A DNA stretch of 64,000 nt from an uncultured Rivularia sp. (GTDB taxonomy: Bacteria; Cyanobacteriota; Cyanobacteriia; Cyanobacteriales; Nostocaceae), in the NCBI GenBank assembly GCA_963665115.1, contig OY762007.1:2080001-2144000 (forward strand), written 5' to 3'. A program made the translations under genes and the position numbers. The notes below the pieces were generated by a model. That model worked only from the letters and a program-made list of their open reading frames with translations. It searched no databases and was not told the DNA's origin. Shown here one piece after another: positions 43,218 to 53,462 of the stretch. Position 1 is the first letter of the stretch. Each line of letters begins with the position of its first letter.

Positions 43218-45146
43218 CTACTTGGACTCGGTGAAGTCAGCATCAATTACGTCATCACCACTTGGGGAAGCACCTGCATCTCCTGTAGCACCGTTAGGAG
43301 GAGCTTCACCACCAGGAGCAGCACCATCGGGAGCTTCACCACCAGCTTGTTGATACATATTGCTACCAACTGTGAATAATGCTTGTTGCAATTCTGGCAT
43401 TACTTTTTGAATTTGCTCGTCGTCTTCTTTGGTGACGGCTTCTTTCAAGTCTTTAACTAAACCTTCGATTTTAGTTTTGTCTTCTTCGGGAACTTTATCT
43501 CCCAATTCTTGCAACTGCTTTTCTGCTTGATATGCCAAGGAATCAGCTTGGTTTTTGCGGTCGATTTTTTCGCGACGCTCTTTGTCGGTTGAGGAGAAGC
43601 TTTCGGCTTCGTTAACCATTCTCTCAACTTCGGTTTTATCCAAAGTGGAAGCACCAGTAATACTGATAGATTGTTCCTTACCAGTACCTTTGTCTTTAGC
43701 GGTAACGTTCAAGATCCCGTTCGCATCAATATCAAAAACAACTTCAATTTGAGGTACTCCACGAGGTGCGGGAGGAATTCCATCAAGACGGAAGGTTCCC
43801 AAGCTCTTGTTGTCGTTGGACATTTCACGCTCACCTTGGAGTACGTGAATTTCTACGTTGGTTTGTCCGTCAACTGCGGTGGAGAATACTTCTGATTTCT
43901 TGGTAGGAATGGTGGTGTTGCGAGGAATAATCTTGGTCATTACGCCACCGAGGGTTTCTACACCCAAGGATAACGGACTTACGTCTAATAACAAGATTCC
44001 GGTAACTTCACCAGAAAGTACACCAGCTTGGATTGCAGCACCAACAGCTACAACTTCATCTGGGTTAACGCTTTGGTTAGGATCTTTTCCTAATACGCGC
44101 TTAACTACTTCTTGTACTGCGGGGATACGAGTAGAACCACCAACTAGTACGATTTCGTCAATATTATCTTTGGTTAATTTTGCGTCGCGTAATGCATTTT
44201 CTACGGGAATGCGACTGCGATCGATTAAGTCAGAACAAATTTCTTCAAATTTAGCGCGAGTCAGGGTTGTATCCAAGTGCTTGGGGCCATCCTGAGTTGC
44301 GGTAATAAATGGTAGGTTGATTTCTGTTTGAGTAACGCTGGAAAGTTCAATTTTGGCTTTTTCAGCAGCTTCAGTTAAGCGCTGTAAAGCTTGCTTGTCT
44401 TTCCGTAAGTCAATACCTTCTTGCTTTTGGAAATCCGCAGCTAAGAAATCAACAATCTTTTTATCAAAGTCGTCACCACCAAGGTGGGTATCTCCAGAAG
44501 TAGAAAGTACTTCAAATACGCCGTCGCCAACTTCTAAGATTGATACGTCGAAGGTACCACCACCAAGGTCAAATACCAAAATGGTTTCGTTGCTCTTTTT
44601 ATCCAAACCATATGCCAAGGAAGCGGCAGTAGGTTCGTTGATAATCCGCATTACTTCAATACCGGCAATCTTACCAGCATCTTTGGTTGCTTGACGCTGA
44701 GAGTCGTTGAAGTATGCGGGAACGGTGATCACCGCTTGGGTGATGGTTTCGCCAGTGTACTTACTAGCATCATCAACTAGCTTGCGAAGAACTTGCGAGG
44801 AAATTTCTTCTGGAGCAAACTGTTTACCAGCTTGGGGACAATCAAGCTTAACGTTGCCGTTGCTGTCTTTAACAATACTGTAAGAAACTTCGGTTGCTTC
44901 ATGGGTGATTTCTTCATGCTTACGTCCCAAAAAGCGCTTTACCGAGTAAAAAGTGTTCTCAGGATTCATCACCGCTTGACGCTTGGCGATTTGTCCAACA
45001 AGGCGATCGCCATTTTTTGCGAAAGCAACAACACTAGGTGTGGTACGAAAACCTTCGGCGTTAGCAATAACTGTGGGCTTCCCACCTTCCATTACTGCGA
45101 CGCAAGAATTAGTTGTACCTAAGTCAATTCCAACTACTTTTGCCAT
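43218..45146 (-). CDS. dnaK: Molecular chaperone DnaK (dnaK2-type)
   Basis: [27 protein letters not shown] and C-terminal DDVIDADF. Confidence 0.99.
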   Translation of the reverse strand: MAKVVGIDLGTTNSCVAVMEGGKPTVIANAEGFRTTPSVVAFAKNGDRLVGQIAKRQAVMNPENTFYSVKRFLGRKHEEITHEATEVSYSIVKDSNGNVKLDCPQAGKQFAPEEISSQVLRKLVDDASKYTGETITQAVITVPAYFNDSQRQATKDAGKIAGIEVMRIINEPTAASLAYGLDKKSNETILVFDLGGGTFDVSILEVGDGVFEVLSTSGDTHLGGDDFDKKIVDFLAADFQKQEGIDLRKDKQALQRLTEAAEKAKIELSSVTQTEINLPFITATQDGPKHLDTTLTRAKFEEICSDLIDRSRIPVENALRDAKLTKDNIDEIVLVGGSTRIPAVQEVVKRVLGKDPNQSVNPDEVVAVGAAIQAGVLSGEVTGILLLDVSPLSLGVETLGGVMTKIIPRNTTIPTKKSEVFSTAVDGQTNVEIHVLQGEREMSNDNKSLGTFRLDGIPPAPRGVPQIEVVFDIDANGILNVTAKDKGTGKEQSISITGASTLDKTEVERMVNEAESFSSTDKERREKIDRKNQADSLAYQAEKQLQELGDKVPEEDKTKIEGLVKDLKEAVTKEDDEQIQKVMPELQQALFTVGSNMYQQAGGEAPDGAAPGGEAPPNGATGDAGASPSGDDVIDADFTESK

Positions 45147-45337
45147 TTTATTTTTGGCTCCGTATAACTACAAAAACAATGAATGAGAATATAAAAGGTT
45201 TAATTTTGAGGTAACTGGCTCTTAAAAGCAACCAATAAAGGCATCAATATGAAAACGCTTATTGAGCATTGAACCACTGGCTATCCTATCCTAATTACAC
45301 TGTTATATATACTGAGCCTGTCCAGCCAGTGAATGAA

Positions 45338-45353
45338 GGGTGGTTTCCCGAAC
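45338..45353 (-). promoter_or_regulatory. K-box-like element upstream of dnaK
   Basis: Minus strand GTTCGG-GAAA-CCACCC versus K-box GTTCGG-NNAN-CCNNAC (one mismatch); related site at ~45449-45466. Confidence 0.65.
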
Positions 45354-45874
45354 CCGTAATTGGACGGTTATGCAACAATCAGGTGTTGATGGCTCAATCA
45401 GTGTTTGCCTGCACAATGACTAATGTATGAGAATTAATACTTTGAGTAATTCGGGTGAACCGTAACAATAGTGTGGTGTTTGCCGTCTTTTTACTAAAAA
45501 AACGGATTATTTGTTAGTTCTATGGCTATAAATTTGATTTAAAACGACCTTTTTACCGATTGTTAACACCATTCTTAACTAAGGTGAAGCAACGGGGAAT
45601 GTCTATTTCATGCGAATAATTTTGAGTTTAGCTATTGGCAAGTAATTTGATTTTAATTCGAGATGCTAGATATAAGTTATACCAACTTTCAAATTAACTT
45701 TAATCTTTTAGCTAGTTAAAGGTTATTTTTACTAATTAAAATTTAGTCCTTTCGACATCAACATATGTTTCTTACGACAGTAAAATGTATGCTATCTGCT
45801 AGCTAGCGTGAGAATAGATTGTATTTAACAAATGAATCACAATCTGCAATCAAGTTAGATAGAGGACTCTCCCT

Positions 45875-48800
45875 ATGTTTCCAATCGCAAATATTGTTGG
45901 ATGCAGGTTAATCGGACAAGCACCAGTAATCGGTGGAGGATATGTCACTCCTCAAGAAGCATCATTAATTTTTTCGGGGCCACAATTTTTAGTTGCTTTA
46001 GCATCTGGGATAGTAATGGCGATCGCCTTTGGGTTACTCCTTACCAATTTATCTATCGCTATCGGAATTTCTATATTAGGAGGAGGATCGGATTCTGACG
46101 ATGACGATACGGATACGGTAGGTGAAGCTGTTAAGAAGGTAGAAGCCAAAGTTGGAATTTGGGCATTACTTACCGCGACGATAGCTTTATTTGTCGCCAG
46201 CTTTTTAGCAGTGAAAATAAGTTTAATTGAAAGTACTGTTTTAGGCGGAATTATTGGTGTAGTAATCTGGTCTGCATACTTTTCGCTGATTGCGTGGGTG
46301 GGTTCGTCGGCTGCTGGCTCGCTGATTGGTTCGCTCTTAAGTACTGCTAGCGCTGGCGTTCAAGGCGTTTTAGGTACGGCAACTGGTGCTTTAGGTGCAA
46401 ATGCTGCTAAAAATCAAATGGTTTCTACAGCAGAAGATATCACCGCCGCAGTTCGCCGCGAATTAACTTCTGGGATTGATGCTGATGGGATTAAAAACAC
46501 CGTAGAAAGTTCTTTAAGTTCTGTCAAATTACCGAATTTAGATTTACCAGAAATTAGCGGTCAGTTTAATAAAATTCTTCAAGATGGTAACTTAAAATCT
46601 CTTGCTAATAGCGACTTGCTCCAAAGCATCAACCGCGATACTTTTATTAATTTGATCGGCAGTCGTACAGATTTTTCTCAACAAGATATTAACAAAGTTG
46701 CCGACCAATTAGAAGGTGCTTGGCAAAACGCTGTAGGCAATCAAGATCCAACGCAGCAAGTAATAGATTTAATTGGCAAAGCGACTCCAGAGCAATTAAA
46801 TTCAGAAGATTTAGGTTCGCAGTTGGAAAAACAATTAGCTGAAGTTACAGCAGTTGGTGGTAGTGGCTTACTAATGCAGCAAGCGCTTAAATATGGCTTG
46901 GGTGCGGCTGTTCCAGCTGTGATGAAGAATGTCCATTTATCCGATTTGGATGTTGAAAAAATTAAACCTCAGTTGCAAAAGCTCAAAGAAAAAACTCCCG
47001 ACATAGATATCGATAGGATTAGCCAGCAGTTGCAAAATCTTAAAGAACAAGCCACCCAGAAAATTCAATTATCTTCTAATAACAATCCCATCAAGCAAGA
47101 CATACAAGGATATATTCTCAATTCTTTTCCTTGGCATTTCAACCGTTTAACTCTCAAGGATGAATTCAAAGAAGCCATTTACGATGCCGATGCCGATCCG
47201 AGACAGGTTAAACAGCGGTTAGAGGAAATCGATAAAGATTACTTAACCGATTTACTCAAGCAACGCGAAGACTTAAGCGAAGCTAGGGTAAAAGAAATCG
47301 TCGGGCAGATGGAAGAAGTTCGGAACGAAGTTTTACAAACTGTAGGTGAAGCAGCAGAAAAAGAAACATCCCAAAATCTCCGCAGCGAAATTGAGAACTA
47401 TCTTAATTCCACAGGTAAGGAAGAACTCAACCCCGAAGCAATCAAGCGCGACTTTAGCAAACTGATAGAAGATTCTGAAGCTAATTTTGAGGAATTGAAG
47501 AATCGCTTACAAGAATTGAACCGCGATGATTTAGTAGAGTTACTTTCTAAGCGCGACGATATTAGTCAGGAAGAAGCCAATAATATAGTCACTCAACTTG
47601 AAAGCACCCGCGACGAAGTTTTAAATAAAGCTCAAGAATTACAGCAGCAAGCAGAAAACAAAGCCAACGAATTGCGAGGAGAAGTAGAAAACTATCTTGT
47701 TAATACCAACAAAGAAGAACTCAATCCCGAAGCAATTAAACGCGAGTTTAAGACACTTATAGACGATCCAGAAGTTGGAGCTAAACAGCTGCGTCAAAGG
47801 CTGTCACAATTTGACCGCGATACGTTAGTTCAATTACTCTCTCAACGCGACGATTTGAGCGAGGAAGAAGTAAACCGAAAAATTGACCAGCTATTGTCTG
47901 TACGCAATAACGTCTTGCAAGCACCGCGAAAAATTGCAGGTAAAGCTAAGCAGCAATACGAAAAGACAGTACAATCACTCTCAGAGTATTTACGTAATAC
48001 CGACAAAGAAGAACTCAACCCCGAAGCAATCAAACGCGATTTGCAAAAATTGCTCGACGATCCAAAAATAGGAGCTTCAGCTATAGGTAATCGCCTTTCC
48101 CAAGTGGACAGAGATACCTTGGTAAAATTGCTCTCTCAACGCGATGATTTGAGCGAAGAGAAAATCAACCAAGTAATTGACGACGTACAAGACTCAATTG
48201 GCGACATTGTAAAAGCACCGCGTCGTTTAGCCAAGCGTACCGGCGAACAAGTTAAAAGCTTCCAAGCCGACATCGAAGAATATTTGCGTAAAACCGACAA
48301 AGAAGAACTTAATCCTGAAGGAATCAAACGCGATTTACAAAAATTGCTTGACGATCCAAAAACAGGAGCTTCAGCTATACAGCAACGTTTATCCCAAGCA
48401 GATAGAGATACCTTAGTTAAACTGCTTTCTCAACGAGAAGATTTGAGCGAAGAAAAAGTTAACCAAGTAATCGACGACGTACAAAACACAGTTAACGACA
48501 TCGTAAAAGCACCAAATCGTTTAGCAAAGCGTACCGGCGAAAAAGCTAAAAGTTTTCAAGCCGAAATCGAAGAATACTTGCGTAAAACCGACAAAGAAGA
48601 ACTTAATCCTGAAGGAATCAAGCGCGACTTGAAAAAACTGCTTGACGATCCAAAAAAAGGAGCTTCAGCGATACAGCAACGCTTATCCCAAGCAGATAGA
48701 GATACTTTAGTTAAACTGCTTTCTCAACGTGAAGATTTGAGCGAAGAGAAAGTCAACGAAATAATTGACAACGTACAAAACACAATTAGCGACATCATAA

Positions 48801-49582
48801 AAGCACCAACTCAGCTAGCAAAACGTACCAGCGCACAAGTTGCCAACTTCCAAGCCAACATCGAAGAATATTTACGCAACACCGAAAAAGAAGAACTTAA
48901 TCCCGAAGGAATCAAACGCGACTTACAGGTACTATTGCAAGATCCACGCGCCGGAATTTCAGTACTAGGCGATCGCGTATCTCAGTTCGATCGTTCTACC
49001 TTAGTATCCGTACTTTCGCAAAGAGAAGACATTTCCGAGGAAGAAGCCAACCGAATAGCAGATCAAATCGAATCTACCCGCAACTCAATCGTGCAACAGT
49101 ACCAGCAGGTGCAGCAACAGGTACAATCTGCCGTTGATGGAAGTTTAAATAAAATTCGCGATTACCTCAACTCCTTGGAGCGTCCAGAGTTAAATTACGA
49201 AGGAATAAAACAAGACTTTACCAAGTTATTTGACGACCCACAAATAGGCGCTGAAGCATTACGCAGTCGGTTATCAGAATTTGACAGAGATAGCTTAATT
49301 GCCATACTAAGCTCTCGCCAAGATATTTCTCAAAAAGACGCAAACCGCATAGTTAGTCAAATTGAATCAGCCAGAGATAGCGTCTTAGAAAGAGGAGAGC
49401 GCATCCAGAAAGAAACCAAGAAAAGAATCAAAGCCGTTAAAAAACAAGCCAAAAAGCAAGCCAAAGATGCCAAAGGAGCCGCAGCAAGTGCCGCATGGTG
49501 GTTATTTGGAGCAGCTTTGACATCACTTGCAGCAAGTGCAGCAGCCGGAGTATTAGCCGTCAGAAGCATCTACTGGTGGTAA
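45875..49582 (+). CDS. Large membrane-anchored protein with 98-aa tandem helical repeats (uncharacterised)
   Basis: 3-4 N-terminal TM helices and a C-terminal TM; YLRxTxKEELNPExIKRD recurs every 294 bp. Confidence 0.85.
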   Translation: MFPIANIVGCRLIGQAPVIGGGYVTPQEASLIFSGPQFLVALASGIVMAIAFGLLLTNLSIAIGISILGGGSDSDDDDTDTVGEAVKKVEAKVGIWALLTATIALFVASFLAVKISLIESTVLGGIIGVVIWSAYFSLIAWVGSSAAGSLIGSLLSTASAGVQGVLGTATGALGANAAKNQMVSTAEDITAAVRRELTSGIDADGIKNTVESSLSSVKLPNLDLPEISGQFNKILQDGNLKSLANSDLLQSINRDTFINLIGSRTDFSQQDINKVADQLEGAWQNAVGNQDPTQQVIDLIGKATPEQLNSEDLGSQLEKQLAEVTAVGGSGLLMQQALKYGLGAAVPAVMKNVHLSDLDVEKIKPQLQKLKEKTPDIDIDRISQQLQNLKEQATQKIQLSSNNNPIKQDIQGYILNSFPWHFNRLTLKDEFKEAIYDADADPRQVKQRLEEIDKDYLTDLLKQREDLSEARVKEIVGQMEEVRNEVLQTVGEAAEKETSQNLRSEIENYLNSTGKEELNPEAIKRDFSKLIEDSEANFEELKNRLQELNRDDLVELLSKRDDISQEEANNIVTQLESTRDEVLNKAQELQQQAENKANELRGEVENYLVNTNKEELNPEAIKREFKTLIDDPEVGAKQLRQRLSQFDRDTLVQLLSQRDDLSEEEVNRKIDQLLSVRNNVLQAPRKIAGKAKQQYEKTVQSLSEYLRNTDKEELNPEAIKRDLQKLLDDPKIGASAIGNRLSQVDRDTLVKLLSQRDDLSEEKINQVIDDVQDSIGDIVKAPRRLAKRTGEQVKSFQADIEEYLRKTDKEELNPEGIKRDLQKLLDDPKTGASAIQQRLSQADRDTLVKLLSQREDLSEEKVNQVIDDVQNTVNDIVKAPNRLAKRTGEKAKSFQAEIEEYLRKTDKEELNPEGIKRDLKKLLDDPKKGASAIQQRLSQADRDTLVKLLSQREDLSEEKVNEIIDNVQNTISDIIKAPTQLAKRTSAQVANFQANIEEYLRNTEKEELNPEGIKRDLQVLLQDPRAGISVLGDRVSQFDRSTLVSVLSQREDISEEEANRIADQIESTRNSIVQQYQQVQQQVQSAVDGSLNKIRDYLNSLERPELNYEGIKQDFTKLFDDPQIGAEALRSRLSEFDRDSLIAILSSRQDISQKDANRIVSQIESARDSVLERGERIQKETKKRIKAVKKQAKKQAKDAKGAAASAAWWLFGAALTSLAASAAAGVLAVRSIYWW

Positions 49583-49603
49583 TCGTTTAATCTCGCATTA
49601 AAC

Positions 49604-49638
49604 CAGAAACCCGGTTTTTTGAAAAAAGCCGGGTTTCT
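49604..49638 (+). terminator. Hairpin/terminator after large repeat gene
   Basis: AGAAACCCGGTTTTTTGAAAAAAGCCGGGTTTCT. Confidence 0.55.
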
Positions 49639-49794
49639 CTATATCTCAAATTCTCGTTACTATTTCTCTTTACCTCTTACCTAACTCGCTCTTCGTGCCC
49701 TCTGCGGTTTTTTTTCTTGATATTCTTGATATTCGATAATTACAAACAGCAGCGCGATAAAATCCTTTAAGCGCCAAATATTAATTTTATCCGT

Positions 49795-50586
49795 GTGAAA
49801 ACAGATAGCATCTTCTACCGCCTTTTTAAAGAATTCCCCAGCATCTTTTTTGAATTAATCGGTAATTCACCGCAAACCGCAGATGCTTACGAATTCTCTT
49901 CCGTTGAAATCAAACAAACAGCATTCCGCATCGACGGTGTATTTCTTCCCAAACAACAAGAAGAAAACCCCATTTATTTTGTAGAAGTTCAATTTCAAAC
50001 CGACGAAGAAATTTATTTACGGGTATTCTCAGAAATAACTTTATACCTCCGTCAAAACAAACCTAAAAATCCTTGGCGAGGAATAGTAATTTATCCCAGT
50101 CGTAATATAGATACAGCAGATATCAATCATTACAGCGAATTTTTTGAAAGTAGACGTGTTAACAGAATTTATCTAGATGAATTAGGAGAAACAACATCGT
50201 TACCAGTGGGAATTGCTACCATAAAACTAATAATTGAAGATGAAAATACAGCCATTGTTGCCGCGAGAGAATTGATATCAAGAACCCAGCAAGAAATCAA
50301 CATCGAACAGCAGCAAAGGCAGTTACTAGAATTAATAGAGACAATATTAGTTTATAAATTCCCTAGAATGAGTAGGAAGGAGATTGAAGCAATGTTTGGA
50401 TTAAGCGACTTAAAACAAACCCGAGTTTATCAAGAAGGAGTCGAGGAAGGGAAAGAAGAAGGTGCTAGAGGGAAAAGCTTAGAACTTATACCTGTATTTT
50501 TACGATTAGGATTAAGTTTAGAAGACACAGCAAAAGAATTAGGTTTGAGTTTAGAAGAAGTTAGACGACAAGTAGAAAATCAATAA
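49795..50586 (+). CDS. Rpn/DUF2887 family PD-(D/E)XK nuclease-like protein
   Basis: MKTDSIFYRLF, RIDGVF, FVEVQFQ and LKQTRVYQE motifs. Confidence 0.88.
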   Translation: MKTDSIFYRLFKEFPSIFFELIGNSPQTADAYEFSSVEIKQTAFRIDGVFLPKQQEENPIYFVEVQFQTDEEIYLRVFSEITLYLRQNKPKNPWRGIVIYPSRNIDTADINHYSEFFESRRVNRIYLDELGETTSLPVGIATIKLIIEDENTAIVAARELISRTQQEINIEQQQRQLLELIETILVYKFPRMSRKEIEAMFGLSDLKQTRVYQEGVEEGKEEGARGKSLELIPVFLRLGLSLEDTAKELGLSLEEVRRQVENQ

Positions 50587-50673
50587 TCTTTAACCCTCCC
50601 TAACCAACAAATATTTTGAAATTTGATGGTTGAAACCTTGGCAGCATCCCGATTTTTTAAAAATATATGGTAG

Positions 50674-50922
50674 GTAGTGCGAGCATCTTGCTCGCTATAT
50701 GTATCGAGCGAGCATCTTGCTCGCACTACAATTTTAAATATTTGAGATGCTCCTGAAACCCCTAACTAAAAATCTTTATAATATAGTCCGCGCAGACGGA
50801 CTTCGTTTATGTAGACACGGTTTCAACCGCCATTACCCAATCCCCAATCCCCAATCCCCAATTCCCCATCCCCAATTCCCCAATCCCCAATTCCCAATCC
50901 CCATCCCCAATTCCCAATCCCC
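50674..50922. repeat. REP pair, partial MITE-core repeat and STRR tract
   Basis: GTAGTGCGAGCATCTTGCTCGC...GCGAGCATCTTGCTCGCACTAC (50674-50729); TAGTCCGCGCAGACGGACT...TTCAACCGCC (~50784-50831); CCCCAAT/CCCAATT units (50836-50922). Confidence 0.85.
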
Positions 50923-51957
50923 ATGCTTCCCCCCGAATTAAAAACAAAACTTTCAACACCTTTAAAAATTGGCTCAGTAGAAGTCAAAAGTAGAGTTTTA
51001 CAATCCCCTTTATCTGGCGTTACTGACTTGGTATTTCGCCGTTTGGTGCGTCGTTATGCACCAGATTCAATGATGTATACCGAAATGGTTCACGCTTCGG
51101 GTTTAGCTCACGTCAAACAGCTACCCAAGGTTATGGATGTTGATATAAACGAACGTCCGATAAGCATTCAACTATTTGATTGTCGTCCGGATTTTCTTGC
51201 CCAAGCCGCACAAAAAGCTGTAAAAGAAGGCGCAGATACGATTGATATTAATATGGGTTGTCCGGTAAATAAAGTAACCAGAAAAGGCGGCGGTTCTTCG
51301 TTGTTGCGACAGCCAGAAGTTGCAGAGGCAATAGTAAAAGAAGTTGTCAGCGCGGTAGATATTCCTGTAACAGTTAAAACTCGTATCGGTTGGGATGATG
51401 CGGAAATTACTATTCTTGATTTTGCCAAACGAATGCAGGATGTAGGAGCGCAAATGATTACGATTCACGGACGTACTCGCGCTCAAGGATACAATGGCAA
51501 TGCTCGCTGGGAATGGATTGCTCGCGTTAAGGAAGTGCTTGATATTCCCGTAATTGCTAATGGAGATATTTTTTCTGTTGAATCAGCTATTAAGTGTTTG
51601 GAAGAAACTGGTGCTGATGGGGTAATGTGTTCGCGGGGTACTTTAGGCTATCCGTTTTTAGTCGGAGAAATCGATTATTTTCTTAAAACCGGAGAAAAGT
51701 TACCTCCTCAAACCACTATTCAGCTTTTAGAATGCGCCAAAGAACATTTAAAAGCGTTGTGGGAATATAAAGGGAATAGAGGAATTTATCAAGCACGAAA
51801 ACATATGGCTTGGTATGCAAAAGGTTTTGTTGGTGCTGCGGAATTAAGACAGCAGTTTAATACAGTTGAAACGGTTTTGGCAGGAGAAACTTTGATTGAT
51901 GAAGCAATCGAAAATTTAATTAATAATCATCAACTAAATCAAGAATTAATTGCATAA
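50923..51957 (+). CDS. dusB: tRNA-dihydrouridine synthase B
   Basis: Motifs [20 protein letters not shown] and ANGDI. Confidence 0.93.
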   Translation: MLPPELKTKLSTPLKIGSVEVKSRVLQSPLSGVTDLVFRRLVRRYAPDSMMYTEMVHASGLAHVKQLPKVMDVDINERPISIQLFDCRPDFLAQAAQKAVKEGADTIDINMGCPVNKVTRKGGGSSLLRQPEVAEAIVKEVVSAVDIPVTVKTRIGWDDAEITILDFAKRMQDVGAQMITIHGRTRAQGYNGNARWEWIARVKEVLDIPVIANGDIFSVESAIKCLEETGADGVMCSRGTLGYPFLVGEIDYFLKTGEKLPPQTTIQLLECAKEHLKALWEYKGNRGIYQARKHMAWYAKGFVGAAELRQQFNTVETVLAGETLIDEAIENLINNHQLNQELIA

Positions 51958-52061
51958 TTTATCAAAAAAATCTCTAAATAAGTCTAACCAAATTCACATC
52001 TTGCACCATTCTCAACAACCGCCTTGGAATAAATTCTCCGCAGTCGCTACAACGGGGGGAA

Positions 52062-53418
52062 CCCCCGTGGTTTTAGCACGGCTTTAATAATTAAATTATT
52101 TTATCCGCAATATTTGATGATAAAATATATGAATGATAGTAAGAGAAGCTAAGCTACTAAACGGAACTAAGGAACAATACCAAGCAATTGACTCTGCAAT
52201 CCGCACTGCCCAGTTTATTAGGAATAAAGCAGTTCGTTATTGGATGGATAATCAAGGGGTTGGTAAAGCTGACTTATATAAGTTGTGTTCATACTTAGCA
52301 CGCGAATTTGACTTTGCTTTGAAGTTAAACTCTGCTGCACGTCAAGCCAGTGCCGAAAGAGCTTGGTCTGCTATCTCTAACTTTTATAAACGCTGTAAAA
52401 AACAGGAAAAAAATAAAGGATATCCGAAATTTAAAAAACATTGCCGTTCTGTGGAGTACAAGGTTTCAGGATGGAAGCTATCTCCGGACTGCACGAGCAT
52501 CAATTTCACTGATGGATTTAATGCAGGGACATTTTCTTTATTTTGCAATAAGGAAACACGCATTGACCTATTTAGGATTAAGATTAACCGTGTACGAGTA
52601 ATTAGAAGAGCGGACGGTTATCACGCTCAATTCTGCTTTGATGCTGACCGTAAGGAAGTTGGGGAATTCACTGGTAAGGTTGTTGGGTTGGACTTGGGGT
52701 TAAAATATTTCACCAAAGATCAAAATGATAATGCTGTAATTTATCCCCAATTCTTGAGAAAGTCAGAACGAAGACTTAAAAAGCGATCAAAGCGATTAAG
52801 CAAAAAGTTTGTTAGAGGTAAAAAACCTCAGTCAATTAATTTTCATAAGGCACGAAAACGATTAGGTAAAGTTCATCTTAAAATCCAAAGACAGCGTAAA
52901 GATTGGGCTATAAAGCAAGCCCGATACGTAGTTCACTCTAACGATGTGATTGTCTATGAGGATTTGAAGATTGCGAACATGGTCAAAAATCATCATTTAT
53001 CTTTTGCGATTTCTGATGCTAGTTGGTATCAGTTCACTCAATGGTTAGACTACTATGGGAAAATTTGGGATAAAGCAGTAGTAGCGGTATCGCCTAACTA
53101 CACAAGCCAGAACTGTAGCCATTGTGGACATAGAGTAAAAAAATCACTTAGCACCAGAACTCATTCATGTTCTAGCTGTGGTTTTGAAATATGCCGTGAT
53201 ACGAATGCGGCTATTAATATCCTAAAAAAAGGTATGAAGATATTAGGATTTAAGTGGCAAAACAACAGTACCTTTGGGCAAAAGGGATCTGCCTCGTAAG
53301 AGGGAAAGCATGGGGAGAAGAGCGCCAATACTACTGATGGGAAACTGTACGGTAGCAAGCGAATTTCTGTGAACCATGAACTAGAATCCCCGTGCGTTTA
53401 CGCCGGGGAGTATGTCAA
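52062..53418 (+). mobile_element. Non-autonomous IS200/IS605 (tnpB-only) element
   Basis: Left hairpin CCGTGGTTTTAGCACGG; right end ATCCCCGTGCGTTTACGCCGGGGAGTATGTCAA ending at 53418; no tnpA. Left boundary uncertain. Confidence 0.8.
52133..53299 (+). CDS. tnpB: RNA-guided endonuclease TnpB
   Basis: RuvC D (GLDLG), E (YEDL) and D (RDTNAAINI) residues present; zinc finger CSHC/CSSC. Confidence 0.95.
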   Translation: MIVREAKLLNGTKEQYQAIDSAIRTAQFIRNKAVRYWMDNQGVGKADLYKLCSYLAREFDFALKLNSAARQASAERAWSAISNFYKRCKKQEKNKGYPKFKKHCRSVEYKVSGWKLSPDCTSINFTDGFNAGTFSLFCNKETRIDLFRIKINRVRVIRRADGYHAQFCFDADRKEVGEFTGKVVGLDLGLKYFTKDQNDNAVIYPQFLRKSERRLKKRSKRLSKKFVRGKKPQSINFHKARKRLGKVHLKIQRQRKDWAIKQARYVVHSNDVIVYEDLKIANMVKNHHLSFAISDASWYQFTQWLDYYGKIWDKAVVAVSPNYTSQNCSHCGHRVKKSLSTRTHSCSSCGFEICRDTNAAINILKKGMKILGFKWQNNSTFGQKGSAS

Positions 53419-53434
53419 ATCTCTACTTCTTGAA
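53260..53434 (+). ncRNA. Predicted TnpB omega/reRNA scaffold plus flank-derived guide
   Basis: Inferred from known TnpB architecture: 3' end of tnpB through right-end TCAA, then ~16 nt guide ATCTCTACTTCTTGAA. 5' boundary is approximate. Confidence 0.55.
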
Positions 53435-53462
53435 TATAAATATTCTTATCAAAAAACTAGTT

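Noticed and set aside
43191..45186. Long antisense ORFs over dnaK (and over psaAB, the kinase and the lipoprotein gene)
   Set aside because: Shadow ORFs arising from codon bias of the real genes; no independent protein features.
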